Shown here piece by piece: positions 1 through 10,127 of a stretch of 33,041 bases of DNA (its first letter is position 1; each line of letters opens with the position of its first letter). Location of the stretch: assembly GCA_019561615.1 (NCBI GenBank), contig JAHEQA010000027.1, positions 1 to 33,041 on the forward strand, in the 5' to 3' direction. The position numbers were made by a program, and so were the translations under genes. The notes beneath the pieces were generated by a model. That model was given only the letters and a program-made list of their open reading frames with translations. It had not been told where the DNA came from and did no database searches. Source of the DNA: Methanothermococcus sp. SCGC AD-155-E23. GTDB taxonomy: Archaea; AGJL01; Methanococci; Methanococcales; Methanococcaceae.

Positions 1-22
1 GGTGTTATCCTTTATTCTCTTT

Positions 23-118
23 TTATACACCCTTCTCCAATGTTCCTCTGAAAGGGGCTTTATAATATCCCTCTATCAACTCACCCTCGTAACCACACCT
101 GTAGCAGAATCCCTTCAT
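23..118 (-). pseudogene. Truncated NMD3-like Zn-ribbon protein N-terminus (31 aa)
   Basis: GGTGGGAG RBS then ATG at 118 gives MKGFCYRCGYEGELIEG-YYKAPFRGTLEKGV*. The first CxxC resembles the archaeal NMD3 start, but the expected second CxxC is missing and the frame stops at 23-25. Another frame stays open to the window edge. Confidence 0.45.
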
Positions 119-138
119 ACTCCCACCAGGGAAGGAGA

Positions 139-564
139 TTAGATCAACTTAATAGGTTTTATAGCTCCACAGGCCATACACTTGAGGAAGTGGAGTCTAC
201 CTTCTTTAATAATCTTGGTATCTGGTTTTCCACACTCATCACAAAGTACATACTCCTCTATGAACTCCCTGATCTTACTGTTTATAAGGTAGTTGCTAAA
301 CTTACCCTGGAGTATTAACCTCTGTCCCTCTACATTCCCGGCAGTACCTAACTCCCTCATTATATACTTTGCAAAGAACTGTACATCCCTGTTTATTATC
401 TTTGCAATATCCCTGAAGTTCTTTATTACAGTCCTGTTACCCTCTACAATACTTTCTGCAGGTGGTACCTCAAACCTTATATCCTTAAATACCTCCTCAG
501 GTAGTTGGCTAAATGCCCTCTTAAGTAGTGTCTCGTAATCGTAGTAAATCTTATACTCTCCCAT
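139..564 (-). CDS. eif2b: Translation initiation factor aIF-2 subunit beta
   Basis: 141 aa; YETLLKRA N-terminal helix, RELGTAG, C-terminal Zn ribbon CDECGKPDT...CMACGA; AGGTGA RBS. Confidence 0.96.
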   Translation of the reverse strand: MGEYKIYYDYETLLKRAFSQLPEEVFKDIRFEVPPAESIVEGNRTVIKNFRDIAKIINRDVQFFAKYIMRELGTAGNVEGQRLILQGKFSNYLINSKIREFIEEYVLCDECGKPDTKIIKEGRLHFLKCMACGAIKPIKLI

Positions 565-597
565 TTTATCACCTATAGTTTCAATCCCTTCTCCATC

Positions 598-615
598 TTA
601 CTATATAAATATAAT
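598..615. promoter_or_regulatory. AT-rich TATA region between divergent eif2b and gltX
   Basis: TATATAAATATAA lies between two divergent starts. Confidence 0.45.
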
Positions 616-659
616 GCTGTAAAACATTGTTCTTACCATAATTTTAGAGAGGTGGAAGG

Positions 660-2414
660 TTGAGGGAGATAATCCTTAAATATGTACTTCAAAGTGCCAT
701 TTTAAAAGGTGGGAAACCTAACCCCAAGGGTGTTATGGGGAAGGTAATGACAGATCATCCTCATCTGAGAGATAGGGCTAAAGAGATATACAAATTAATA
801 CTTGAGGTATCTAAGGAAGTTGAATCTATGTCCCTGGAGGAGCAGAGGAGAATGTTGGAGGAGATAGCCCCAGAGATGTTAACTGAGGAAGGTGGGGAGA
901 GGAAGAGGGAGTTGACACTGAGGAATGTAAAGGGTAGTGTAGTTATGAGGTTTGCCCCAAACCCCTCTGGTCCCCTTCACCTAGGTCACAGTAGGGCGGC
1001 AGTACTTAACGACTACTTCGTAAAGAAGTACAGGGGAAAATTCATACTGAGACTGGAGGATACAGATCCTAAGAGGGTACTTCCAGAGGCCTACGAGATG
1101 ATAGAGGAGGATCTGGAGTGGTTGAATATAGAGGTGGGGGAGAAGGTGATACAGTCTGAAAGGATGGAAATATACTACGACCACTGTAAGAGGCTAATTG
1201 AGATGGGGCATGCCTACGTATGCCAGTGTGACCCTGAAGAGTTCAGGAGACTTAAGAACAGGGGCGTACCCTGTAGATGTAGAGATAGACCTGTGGAGGA
1301 GAATCTGGAACTCTGGGAGAGGATGTTGGATAACAGTTTAGAGGGGGCTGTAGTTAGGTTGAAGACTGATATAAAACATAAAAACCCCTCTGTCAGAGAC
1401 TTCCCAATATTTAGAATGGAGGATACACCCCATCCTAGAACTGGAGACAGGTATATAGTCTATCCACTTATGAACTTCTCAGTTCCAGTTGACGATCACC
1501 TGTTAGGGATAACCCATGTTCTAAGGGGAAAGGATCACATAGTCAATACAGAGAAGCAAAGGTATATCTTCCAGTACTTCCAGTGGGAGATGCCTGAGTA
1601 TATACACTACGGTATCTTAAAGATAGAGGGGACAGTCCTAAGTACCTCCAAGATGTACGAGGGTATACTTAAGGGGGAGTACAGGGGATGGGACGATCCA
1701 AGGTTGGGAACCCTTAGGGCCCTTAGAAGGAGAGGTATAAGACCTGAGGCCATCTACAGATCCATGTTGGAGATTGGGATAAAACCTGCAGATGTAAAAT
1801 ACTCCTGGGAAAACCTCTACGCCATAAACAGGGAGATTGTAGATAAGGATGCAAAGAGGTTCTTCTTTGTGGAGAATCCTAAGAGGTTGAAGGTGTTGGG
1901 AGCAGAACCTAAGACTGTGTATCTGAGGATGCACCCAGATAGAGATCTAGGTACCAGGGAACTTCCCTTTGAGGGGGAGGTCTACATCTCAGACGATCTA
2001 GAGGTTAACAAGATGTACAGGTTGATGGAGTTGTGTAACATAGTTGTGGAGAAGATAGAGGGGGATGTAATATACGCCAGGTATCACAGTGAGGATTTCA
2101 TGATACTTAGGAGAAAGAGGGGGAAGATAATACACTGGGTACCAGTTAAAGATGCTGTAAAAACAGTGGTGGTGGATACAGAGGGTAAGGAACGCCTTGG
2201 ATTTGCAGAGAAGGACTTTAGAAAGGTAAAGGTAGATGAGATAGTTCAATTTGAGAGGTATGGATTTGCAAGGGTAGATGAAAAAAGAGAGAATGGGGAG
2301 TTGGAGATTACCTGCTACACAAGTAAATCTATCTTAGATGGATACAATCCCCAACACCGATATACCTTATACCCTCCAGGGTGGAGAGGTATATGCCCCC
2401 GTAGTCTATCTTGA
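660..2414 (+). CDS. gltX: Glutamyl-tRNA synthetase (archaeal type); natural end probably near 2326
   Basis: [14 protein letters not shown] (HIGH motif), [21 protein letters not shown] (KMSKS-like), [11 protein letters not shown]. The last ~30 aa are non-homologous and overlap birA (see findings). Confidence 0.96.
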   Translation: MREIILKYVLQSAILKGGKPNPKGVMGKVMTDHPHLRDRAKEIYKLILEVSKEVESMSLEEQRRMLEEIAPEMLTEEGGERKRELTLRNVKGSVVMRFAPNPSGPLHLGHSRAAVLNDYFVKKYRGKFILRLEDTDPKRVLPEAYEMIEEDLEWLNIEVGEKVIQSERMEIYYDHCKRLIEMGHAYVCQCDPEEFRRLKNRGVPCRCRDRPVEENLELWERMLDNSLEGAVVRLKTDIKHKNPSVRDFPIFRMEDTPHPRTGDRYIVYPLMNFSVPVDDHLLGITHVLRGKDHIVNTEKQRYIFQYFQWEMPEYIHYGILKIEGTVLSTSKMYEGILKGEYRGWDDPRLGTLRALRRRGIRPEAIYRSMLEIGIKPADVKYSWENLYAINREIVDKDAKRFFFVENPKRLKVLGAEPKTVYLRMHPDRDLGTRELPFEGEVYISDDLEVNKMYRLMELCNIVVEKIEGDVIYARYHSEDFMILRRKRGKIIHWVPVKDAVKTVVVDTEGKERLGFAEKDFRKVKVDEIVQFERYGFARVDEKRENGELEITCYTSKSILDGYNPQHRYTLYPPGWRGICPRSLS

Positions 2415-3036
2415 AGGCTGTCCCTATAACCTCCTCCCTTGGTGTTATTACTTTAACGTATTTACCCAGGGTTTTTGAGTATCTCTCATATTTTTTTAGG
2501 ATCTCCCTGTCCTCTAGATGGAAGTTGTCTCTAAATCTATTTAGAAATTTATGGAGGATCTCAAATCTGTTATACTCTCTTTTACAAAGTTCCCTTAGAG
2601 AGGTGGCCCTCTCCCTTAGATCCTCTGGGATGGGGTTGTTGACGTTTATACCTATACCTAAGACTACAAATTTGTGATCCCAGTTTATCTCGGAGAGGAT
2701 GCCACATATCTTTTTATCTCCCACTACAACATCGTTGGGAAACTTTATACCCAGAGATTCCCTAAGTTCCTCTGGAAGGTAGTCTATCAAGGTCTCGTAA
2801 ACAGAGATGGAACCTATAAAGTTTAACCTACCAATACTTTCACTACCTTTTAAACCTAGTAGTAGGGAAAAATAGAGTCCACCGTAGTTGGAGTGCCATC
2901 TCCTTCCAAGCCTCCCCACTCCAGCACTTTGAACATCTGCAACAACAACTAGATTCCTCCTCCCCTCTTTCCCTAACCTGTAACAGTATCTATTTGTAGA
3001 GTCTATCTCCCTTAGATGGATAATTTTCAGATCCAT
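2329..3036 (-). CDS. birA: Biotin--protein ligase (BirA type, no HTH)
   Basis: [38 protein letters not shown]. Confidence 0.93.
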   Translation of the reverse strand: MDLKIIHLREIDSTNRYCYRLGKEGRRNLVVVADVQSAGVGRLGRRWHSNYGGLYFSLLLGLKGSESIGRLNFIGSISVYETLIDYLPEELRESLGIKFPNDVVVGDKKICGILSEINWDHKFVVLGIGINVNNPIPEDLRERATSLRELCKREYNRFEILHKFLNRFRDNFHLEDREILKKYERYSKTLGKYVKVITPREEVIGTAFKIDYGGIYLSTLEGIRYIGVGDCIHLR

Positions 3037-3058
3037 AATAATCTAGAAAAAAGAGATA

Positions 3059-3136
3059 TGGTGCTCCAGTCGGGATTTGAACCCGAGTCGCGGGCTCGAA
3101 AGGCCCGCATGATTGGCCGGGCTACACCACTGGAGC
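3059..3136 (-). tRNA. tRNA-Glu (TTC)
   Basis: Reverse complement GCTCCAGTGGTGTAGCCCGGCCAATCATGCGGGCCT-TTC-GAGCCCGCGACTCGGGTTCAAATCCCGACTGGAGCACCA; full cloverleaf, CCA encoded. Confidence 0.97.
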
Positions 3137-3160
3137 AATGCTAAATCTATAAAAAAGCAA

Positions 3161-3238
3161 TGGCGGACCCGGGGGGATTTGAACCCCCGACCCCCGGCTT
3201 AGAAGGCCGGTGCCGTATCCAGGCTAGGCCACGGGCCC
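3161..3238 (-). tRNA. tRNA-Arg (TCT)
   Basis: Reverse complement GGGCCCGTGGCCTAGCCTGGATACGGCACCGGCCT-TCT-AAGCCGGGGGTCGGGGGTTCAAATCCCCCCGGGTCCGCCA; tandem with tRNA-Glu. Confidence 0.97.
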
Positions 3239-3279
3239 ATAAAAACACTTCCAAGGCATACATTAGAATAGCAATTCTC

Positions 3280-3296
3280 CTATATATACTTTTCGG
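3280..3296 (-). promoter_or_regulatory. BRE/TATA promoter of the tRNA-Arg/tRNA-Glu pair
   Basis: Minus strand CCGAAAAGTATATATAG, about 42 nt upstream of the mature tRNA-Arg 5' end. Confidence 0.7.
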
Positions 3297-3300
3297 TATC

Positions 3301-4515
3301 TTAGGTAGTGTACTTGGAGTTTAGGGTTACATAGTCATGTCCTAGATCGCAGCCGTAGGAGGTATTCTCATACATCCCCATCTTCAGATCTACAATTATC
3401 TTTACCTTCTTCCCCTTCATAATCTCCCTTGCCATCTTCAACTCCTCCCCCTCCTCATCCACAGGATCCCCATCCTTAACTAAATAGACCTCCCTTCTAT
3501 AATCAGATATTGCAATATCCATAACCCTCATATCCATCTCCGCCCCACTGTATCCCACTGCAGCAGCTATTCTCCCCCAGTTTGGATCTCCACCGTAGAG
3601 GGCTGTCTTTACAAGGAGAGATCTAACAACACTTTTTGAGGCCTTGATTGCATCCTCCTTTGAGGCACAACCTTTAACCACAACCTCCATCATCCTTGTA
3701 CTTCCCTCCCCATCCATCACTATCATCTTGGCCAACTCTCTACATAGGTAGTGGAGAGCCTCTTTAAACAGATCTGGGCACTCCTCATACCTAACGCCAC
3801 TTTCACCATTTGCAAGGATAAATACAGTATCGTTGGTACTTGTATCCCCATCTACAACGGTGTTGTTAAAGGTCTCATCTACAGCATCCTGAAGTACCAC
3901 ACTTAGCTCCTCAGGGTCTATCTTGATATCTGTTGTAATAAAGGAGAGCATAGTTGCATGGAGCATGTTAGGTGCTATCATTCCAGCCCCCTTTGCAGTA
4001 CCTCCTATCCTCACCTTTTTACCCTCTACCTCAAACTCAAGGGCTAGGGTTTTTGGAAACCTGTCTGTGGTAAGTATGGAGAGGGCAAAGTTGTGATTAC
4101 TACTCTCCCTCTTCAACCTCCTACATGTCTCCTCTATACCAGAGAGTATTATATCCATGGGCATCTTCCTTCCAATAACTCCAGTGGAGGCTATTAGGAT
4201 GGAATCCTCTGGGATATTTAGTAGTTCTGCAGTTTTAGATATCATCCTCTTTCCATCTTCGTAACCATTCTTGGTAAAGCAGTTGGCATTCCCACTGTTA
4301 ACCACTATACATCTTAATCTATCCCTGTTTTTCTTCAACACCTCCTTGGATATTACAACAGGGTGGGCAACAACTTTGTTTGTGGTAAAGGTCCCTGCTC
4401 CAGTACAGTTTTTCTCAGAGTATACTATACCTACTCCATACTTACCTTTCCTCCAGCCGTTTGCCCTGAAACCCTTAGGGGCTGTGACACCGTTATCTAT
4501 TACTTTGAAGTTCAT
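3301..4515 (-). CDS. argJ: Ornithine acetyltransferase ArgJ
   Basis: APKGF, FTTNK, NSGNAN, STGVIG, KGAGMIAPNMLHA-TML autoproteolysis site, DGDTSTND, DPNWGRI. Confidence 0.97.
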   Translation of the reverse strand: MNFKVIDNGVTAPKGFRANGWRKGKYGVGIVYSEKNCTGAGTFTTNKVVAHPVVISKEVLKKNRDRLRCIVVNSGNANCFTKNGYEDGKRMISKTAELLNIPEDSILIASTGVIGRKMPMDIILSGIEETCRRLKRESSNHNFALSILTTDRFPKTLALEFEVEGKKVRIGGTAKGAGMIAPNMLHATMLSFITTDIKIDPEELSVVLQDAVDETFNNTVVDGDTSTNDTVFILANGESGVRYEECPDLFKEALHYLCRELAKMIVMDGEGSTRMMEVVVKGCASKEDAIKASKSVVRSLLVKTALYGGDPNWGRIAAAVGYSGAEMDMRVMDIAISDYRREVYLVKDGDPVDEEGEELKMAREIMKGKKVKIIVDLKMGMYENTSYGCDLGHDYVTLNSKYTT

Positions 4516-4687
4516 ATTTTCACCTGTTTTTAAAACCTACATATATGGGGACCACTTACCCTGTTACTATCTATAAAACAGCCCCATGATAAACTCCAGG
4601 ATATTCAAAACTTTCCCAACTTTATTTATAGATGAGATTATAATAATCATTATAAAAATAGCTTTTGTTTTTAGATGGTGTATCACC

Positions 4688-5683
4688 ATGATAGCCCTTA
4701 AATCTCCCTCCAGGATACACATTGGACTTATAGATCTTAACGGCAGTCTAGGTAGGGTGGATGGAGGGTTGGGTATTGCACTGGACTATCCAAACTTCTA
4801 CATTGAGGGTAGGGAAAGTTCAGAGATTGAGATAGAGATAGGGTGTAAGGGGATTCAGGAGGACACCTTAAAAAGTATAAGGGATAGGTTGTATCAGGTG
4901 TCTAGAAGAGTGCTAGACTACATTGGAGAGGAGGGAATCTATATCAAAGTTAGGGATACCATCCCCCTACACAGTGGACTGGGAAGTGGTACCCAGATGG
5001 CACTCTCTACAGGGATGTTGATATCCAAGGTGTATAACAGGGATCTAGATGTTAAAACCTTGGCCAGTATTACAGGTAGAGGTGGAACCTCTGGAATAGG
5101 TGTCTATGCCTTTGAGAGAGGGGGCTTCATAGTAGATGGGGGACATACCTTTGGGAGGGGTAAGGATAAGGAGGTATTTGCCCCTTCCTCCGCCTCGAAA
5201 AATGTAAGGGTACCTCCCCTGATATTTAGACATGACTTCAAGTGGCAGGTTGTACTTACAATACCTAAGGGGGAGAACATCCACGGTGATAGGGAGGTGG
5301 ATATCTTTAGAAGGTACTGCCCTATACCCCTGGAAGAGACCCAGAGGATATGTCACATAGTCCTTATGAAGATGTTACCTGCCATAGTTGAGGGGGATAT
5401 TAAATCCTTCGGTGAAGGTATCAACATACTTCAGTACCTAGGATTTAAGAGGGTGGAGTTGGAACTTCAGAGGGAGACAGTTAGGGAGCTTCTAAGGGAA
5501 CTCCAGAGGGTAGGCTACAGTGGACTCTCCAGTTTTGGACCTACCCTCTACTCCATCTGTGAGGGTAGAGAGGATGTTAAAAAAGTAGTGGAGACCTCCA
5601 GGGATTTTCTTGATAAAAGAGGTATAGAAGGAGAGATAATAGTTACCAGGGGGAATAATCAGGGCTATATTTTGAAATCCTAA
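4688..5683 (+). CDS. mptG: Beta-ribofuranosylaminobenzene 5'-phosphate (beta-RFAP) synthase, GHMP fold
   Basis: SPSRIHIGLIDL, GRVDGGLG, HSGLGSGTQ, GRGGTSGIG, SSFGPT. Start moved to ATG 4688, after a GATGGTG RBS. Confidence 0.9.
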   Translation: MIALKSPSRIHIGLIDLNGSLGRVDGGLGIALDYPNFYIEGRESSEIEIEIGCKGIQEDTLKSIRDRLYQVSRRVLDYIGEEGIYIKVRDTIPLHSGLGSGTQMALSTGMLISKVYNRDLDVKTLASITGRGGTSGIGVYAFERGGFIVDGGHTFGRGKDKEVFAPSSASKNVRVPPLIFRHDFKWQVVLTIPKGENIHGDREVDIFRRYCPIPLEETQRICHIVLMKMLPAIVEGDIKSFGEGINILQYLGFKRVELELQRETVRELLRELQRVGYSGLSSFGPTLYSICEGREDVKKVVETSRDFLDKRGIEGEIIVTRGNNQGYILKS

Positions 5684-6310
5684 CTATAAACATCTCGTTT
5701 TTCTCATGTCCCTCTCTATCTTGTCCACCTCCTCCCCGTATCTCCTCCCTATAGTTTCCATAATATCCAGGATGCTCTTCTCCCCAGTATCTATCCCCAA
5801 GTCCTCCAGGGAGGAGGTTTTAACATAGGGTGGTGTACCCTCCCTGGAGATGTTTATACCTAGGTGGATCTTTCCAGAGGATATACCTCTGGAGGCTATG
5901 GATACTGACAACTTACCTTCCCTGTAGTAGAGATCGTCACCTCTTCTTAATATCCTCCTTCCAGAGATCTCCTCCAATACCTCCTTGGCTACAAGTACTA
6001 GAAGTCTCTGTCTTAAATAGGTCATCTTCAGATCTGGGTTGTCAAAGTGTTCAACAACGAAGTTTATAGCATCTGAAGAGGTGATAAGTACATCTCCTCT
6101 AAAACCCTCCTCCTTCACATCCTTTAGATCCTTCATATTCTCCAGGGGCACCTCTATCTCCCCTCTAAATGCTACGATACTGTCCCTCTGGATGTTGTAC
6201 CTTTCAAAGGCCCAGAGGGGCTCCAACTCCTTCCCTGTATATTTCATCCTCCTTCCTTCCACTATCACCGAGATACTGTCCAGGTGTAGCACCTTCATCT
6301 CCTTCACCAA
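5684..6310 (-). CDS. DUF366 family protein (biotin/lipoate ligase-like fold)
   Basis: FVVEHFD, YLRQRLL, GDDLY...KLSVSIA, KIHLGIN; exact start uncertain. Confidence 0.75.
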   Translation of the reverse strand: MVKEMKVLHLDSISVIVEGRRMKYTGKELEPLWAFERYNIQRDSIVAFRGEIEVPLENMKDLKDVKEEGFRGDVLITSSDAINFVVEHFDNPDLKMTYLRQRLLVLVAKEVLEEISGRRILRRGDDLYYREGKLSVSIASRGISSGKIHLGINISREGTPPYVKTSSLEDLGIDTGEKSILDIMETIGRRYGEEVDKIERDMRKTRCL

Positions 6311-6316
6311 AATAGG

Positions 6317-6793
6317 TCACTTCTTAAACTTAATGAAGTCTCCCAGGGTGAGATCTCCCCCTCCTCCACCACTGAACTCCTCACCACCTTCCTCGTAGAG
6401 ACTTATCTTCAACTCCTTTTCCAGTCTCCTTATATACTTCTCCTCAGGTTCCAACTGACCACTTTCAATTTTTTGAAGTGTAGATACCCTTATACCTACC
6501 TTACGTGCCAACTCCTCTATACTCATACCCCTCTTTATCCGCGCCTCCCTTATAACCTCTCCATAGTCCTCAACTAGGGTTTTTAGTGTGTCAAATACAT
6601 CCCTCTTAGGTCTGTATACCCTCCTACCTCCAGTGCCTCTTGGAGTACTCTTTTTCCCTACCCTCTCTTTTCTCAGGGAGGTCTTTGGAGCTACACCGTA
6701 CTTGGCACAGTTGCTACATACCAGCATCTCCACCCCTTCTACCCTTACAGGTAGAAGTTTCTCTACCCTCCTACCACATAGTTCACACTGCAT
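6317..6793 (-). CDS. Archaeal multiprotein bridging factor aMBF1 (Zn ribbon + HTH)
   Basis: MQCELCG...VCSNCAKYG, HTH region IREARIKRGMSIEELA, TLGD tail; adjacent to pan. Confidence 0.92.
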   Translation of the reverse strand: MQCELCGRRVEKLLPVRVEGVEMLVCSNCAKYGVAPKTSLRKERVGKKSTPRGTGGRRVYRPKRDVFDTLKTLVEDYGEVIREARIKRGMSIEELARKVGIRVSTLQKIESGQLEPEEKYIRRLEKELKISLYEEGGEEFSGGGGGDLTLGDFIKFKK

Positions 6794-6888
6794 GGGATCA
6801 CCGTCAACTATATTAATAAACTATATATAGCCTGACCCCCATATAACAGTATCTGTTATCATATTTATCGAATCAGGAGGTAATAGTT

Positions 6889-8109
6889 ATGGTATTTCCA
6901 ACTTATGAGAATGAGGATGTTGGAGAGAAGAAGAATCCTGTAAAGGAATTTGAGAAAACCTACATTGCAGAGTTGGAGAGTAAGATACTAAAATTGGAAC
7001 TGGAGAATAAAAACCTTCAAAGGGAGAATCTCCAATTGAAGAAGGAGAATGAAATACTGAAGAGAGAGCTGGATAAACTTAGAATACCTCCTCTAATACT
7101 AGGTACTGTAACTGACAGGGTAGGAAAGAGGAAGGCAGTTGTAAAGAGTTCCACCGGTCCAAGTTTCCTTGTAAACATCTCCCAGTTTGTAGATGAGGAG
7201 GAGATAGTACCTGGTGCAAGGGTCTGTCTAAATCAGCAGACCCTGGTTATCGTAGATGTACTTCCAAGGGAGAAGGACTACAGAGCCCTGGCCATGGAGG
7301 TTGATGAGAGACCAAATGTATCCTTCAAAGACATCGGTGGTCTAGATGAGCAGATAAGGGAGATCAGGGAGGTTGTTGAACTTCCACTGACCCATCCAGA
7401 ACTCTTTGAAAAGGTAGGTATAGAACCACCTAAGGGAGTACTACTCTACGGACCACCTGGAACAGGTAAGACACTCCTTGCAAAGGCAGTAGCCCATGAG
7501 ACCAATGCAACCTTTATCAGAATAGTAGGATCAGAGCTTGTTAAAAAGTTCATAGGAGAGGGAGCCAAACTTGTAAAGGATGTATTTAAACTGGCGAAGG
7601 AGAAGGCACCTTCCATCATCTTCATAGATGAGATAGATGCCATAGCAAGTAAGAGAACAGAGGCCCTTACAGGGGGAGACAGGGAGGTCCAGAGAACCCT
7701 TATGCAACTTCTCGCTGAAATGGATGGATTTGACTCCAGGGGAGATGTAAAGGTTATCGCCGCCACTAACAGGTTGGATATATTAGACCCTGCAATCCTG
7801 AGACCTGGTAGATTTGACAGAATAATAGAGGTACCACCACCAGGAGAGGAGGGTAGACTGGAGATACTGAAGATACATACAAGAAAGATGAACCTAGCTA
7901 AGGATGTAGACCTGGCTAAGATAGCCAAGATGACAGAGGGATTCGTAGGTGCAGATCTAAAGGCCGTATGTACAGAGGCTGGTATGTTTGCCATTAGGGA
8001 CAACAGGGATTACGTTACAATGGAGGACTTTATAAAGGCTGTGGAGAAGATTAAGATGAAGAAGGGCAGTGGTACAACTACTCCAGCACTTAACGTAATG
8101 TACGGCTAA
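6889..8109 (+). CDS. pan: Proteasome-activating nucleotidase (AAA+)
   Basis: N-terminal coiled coil, PPL + OB domain, Walker A GPPGTGKT, Walker [17 protein letters not shown]-terminal HbYX (MYG); GGAGGT RBS. Confidence 0.97.
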   Translation: MVFPTYENEDVGEKKNPVKEFEKTYIAELESKILKLELENKNLQRENLQLKKENEILKRELDKLRIPPLILGTVTDRVGKRKAVVKSSTGPSFLVNISQFVDEEEIVPGARVCLNQQTLVIVDVLPREKDYRALAMEVDERPNVSFKDIGGLDEQIREIREVVELPLTHPELFEKVGIEPPKGVLLYGPPGTGKTLLAKAVAHETNATFIRIVGSELVKKFIGEGAKLVKDVFKLAKEKAPSIIFIDEIDAIASKRTEALTGGDREVQRTLMQLLAEMDGFDSRGDVKVIAATNRLDILDPAILRPGRFDRIIEVPPPGEEGRLEILKIHTRKMNLAKDVDLAKIAKMTEGFVGADLKAVCTEAGMFAIRDNRDYVTMEDFIKAVEKIKMKKGSGTTTPALNVMYG

Positions 8110-8130
8110 TTTCTCTTTTTTTATTATTTT
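8110..8130 (+). terminator. Oligo-T archaeal terminator after pan
   Basis: TTTCTCTTTTTTTATTATTTT immediately after the stop. Confidence 0.5.
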
Positions 8131-8147
8131 ATAATTGGGAGGGGATT

Positions 8148-9353
8148 ATGAGGGTTGGGATAGTTGGAGGAGGATTAGGGGGATTGTTAGCTGGTGCACT
8201 ACTTTCTAGGGATAACGACGTAGTTATCTATGAAAAATTACCCTACCTAGGTGGGAGGTTTACAAATATTCCCTACAAGGGTTATCAACTTAGCACTGGA
8301 GCCCTCCATATGATACCCCATGGAGCAGATGGTTATCTGGCACAGTTACTATCTAGGGCAGGCTGTAAGGTAACTATTGTAAACTCCAACCCAGATGGTT
8401 TATTTAGAATAGGGAAAAGGGATTACAGGTACAGGGAGTTATTCAACCTTGTAGGTTTAAAGGATAAAATAAAGTGTCTAAAGAAAGCTGCTAACTTAAA
8501 GCTAGGTAGGGTGGATAAGAGTATATCCTTTGGAGAGTTCCTAGAGGATGTACCACTGGCGTTGAAGGTGGGAAACTCCTTCACTGGATGGGCCTTGAGT
8601 ATGGAGGCCTACAGTGTTCCCATGGATGAGATTGTTGAGATAGCTAGAAACTACCACAGGTTTGGAGGTCCTGGAGTACCAATAGGTGGATGTAAAAAAG
8701 TGATAGATGAACTTTCAAGGGTTATTGTGGAGAATGGAGGTAGGATACTTACAGGTTGTAAGGTTGAGAGGATAGAGGTAGAGGAGGATAGGGGATATAT
8801 CTATACAGAGGAGGGGTGTTCAGAGTTCCACCTAATTATAAGTAACCTCTCCCCTCTACTTACAGAGAGGATATCCAATGTAAAGGTTATAAAAGATAGA
8901 GAGCCTGTACCCTCTAGGGGTATAAAGATATCCATAGGTAGTAGGGAGAAGTTAATTAAACATAACGGGGTGCTCTTCACTCCAGAGTGTGAGAGGTTAT
9001 GTGGTTTAAACTGCCCCTCTAACGTAGATAGGTCCCTTGCAAAGGAGGGCTATAACTTAATAATGGCCCATGCCCTCCAACTTAGAGACAATGTAAAAAG
9101 GGAGATAGATATAGTGCTGGAGGATATTGAAAGGCTATTTGGAGATGCCAACTACGAGATACTTCACATTCAGACATTTAGGGATGAGATCCCTGTAAAC
9201 CACGCCTCAAGTGGTACAGATGTAGATCCCATAGTGGATAGGAGACTTTTCCTAGTAGGGGATGGAGCTAAAGGGAAGGGAGGAATAGAGGTGGAAGGTA
9301 TTGCATTGGGAGTCTCCAAGGTAGTTAGATGGATTGAGAATACCCTATCTTAA
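8148..9353 (+). CDS. FAD-dependent oxidoreductase, phytoene dehydrogenase-like
   Basis: N-terminal GIVGGGLGG...EK...GGR dinucleotide-binding motif; C-terminal LFLVGD; substrate unknown. Confidence 0.8.
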   Translation: MRVGIVGGGLGGLLAGALLSRDNDVVIYEKLPYLGGRFTNIPYKGYQLSTGALHMIPHGADGYLAQLLSRAGCKVTIVNSNPDGLFRIGKRDYRYRELFNLVGLKDKIKCLKKAANLKLGRVDKSISFGEFLEDVPLALKVGNSFTGWALSMEAYSVPMDEIVEIARNYHRFGGPGVPIGGCKKVIDELSRVIVENGGRILTGCKVERIEVEEDRGYIYTEEGCSEFHLIISNLSPLLTERISNVKVIKDREPVPSRGIKISIGSREKLIKHNGVLFTPECERLCGLNCPSNVDRSLAKEGYNLIMAHALQLRDNVKREIDIVLEDIERLFGDANYEILHIQTFRDEIPVNHASSGTDVDPIVDRRLFLVGDGAKGKGGIEVEGIALGVSKVVRWIENTLS

Positions 9354-10127
9354 TGTTAGTGCAACCCTCTCAAACCCCATCTCCTTAAATCTTTTATCTA
9401 TCTCCTTAAACTTGTTAACATCCAATATCTTGTGTATCTCTTTTTCCTCTATCTGGATAAGGGCGATGTTGTGAAAATCCCTCACCCTAAAGTATCCCTC
9501 CAACCCCAAATAGGAGGCTAAAAATCTCTCACCTTCGTATACCCTTTTCAACCTCTCCTCTGTAATAGGAGGGTTTAATATCCTCGTTGCTAAACAGGAG
9601 TCCTCCCTTGGAATGGGTACACCTAGAAATTTAAGTATCTCTTTAACCTCTTCCTTCCCTATCTCCAACTCTGCCAGGGGAGATGATATACCATACTCCC
9701 TGTAGGCCCTTATACCTGGTCTGTCCTCAGATAGGTCGTCGTAGTTAGTTCCATCCACTACTATTACCTCCCTGTTAAAGGTATTCCTTAATCTTTCCCT
9801 CTCCTCTAGAAGTATCTTGGCCATATGCCTCTTACATATGTAGCATCTATTTTTTAGATTCCTGTTTATCTCACATATCACCCTATTCCTCAGGTAGTTG
9901 AAATTTACAACCTTGTGATCTATACCATATCTTCTAGCTATTTCCCTACCTTTTTTAATAACCTCCTCTGGAAAGAATCCGTTATCCACAGTTACAGCCA
10001 AGGTATACCTCCCGTAGTATCTACTTACAAGGGCTACCAGTAAACTGTCCATTCCTCCAGAGTATGACACCAGAGATACCTTCCCCCTGAAGTACTCCTT
10101 CAACCTCCTAAACTTCTCCATTAACAT
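9345..10127 (-). CDS. larE: LarE-family PP-loop ATP-dependent sulfur transferase
   Basis: SYSGGMDS PP-loop, NRCYICK, DGTNYDD...RPG, SCLATRI, FRVR. Confidence 0.8.
   Translation of the reverse strand: MLMEKFRRLKEYFRGKVSLVSYSGGMDSLLVALVSRYYGRYTLAVTVDNGFFPEEVIKKGREIARRYGIDHKVVNFNYLRNRVICEINRNLKNRCYICKRHMAKILLEERERLRNTFNREVIVVDGTNYDDLSEDRPGIRAYREYGISSPLAELEIGKEEVKEILKFLGVPIPREDSCLATRILNPPITEERLKRVYEGERFLASYLGLEGYFRVRDFHNIALIQIEEKEIHKILDVNKFKEIDKRFKEMGFERVALTLR

Noticed and set aside
4586-4687. N-terminal extension of mptG (MINSRIFK...IIIIII)
   Set aside because: AT-rich intergenic sequence; homology and the RBS begin at ATG 4688.
6317-6319. Selenocysteine read-through at TGA stops (aMBF1 here, also ribL)
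   Set aside because: Both proteins are already full length at the TGA, neither is a known selenoprotein family, and I recognised no SECIS hairpin.
7446-8003. Long antisense ORFs (7446-8003, 18642-19115, 27364-27981 and many shorter ones)
   Set aside because: They lie opposite well-supported genes and are Ser/Leu/Pro/Ile-rich mirror translations with no motifs or RBS.
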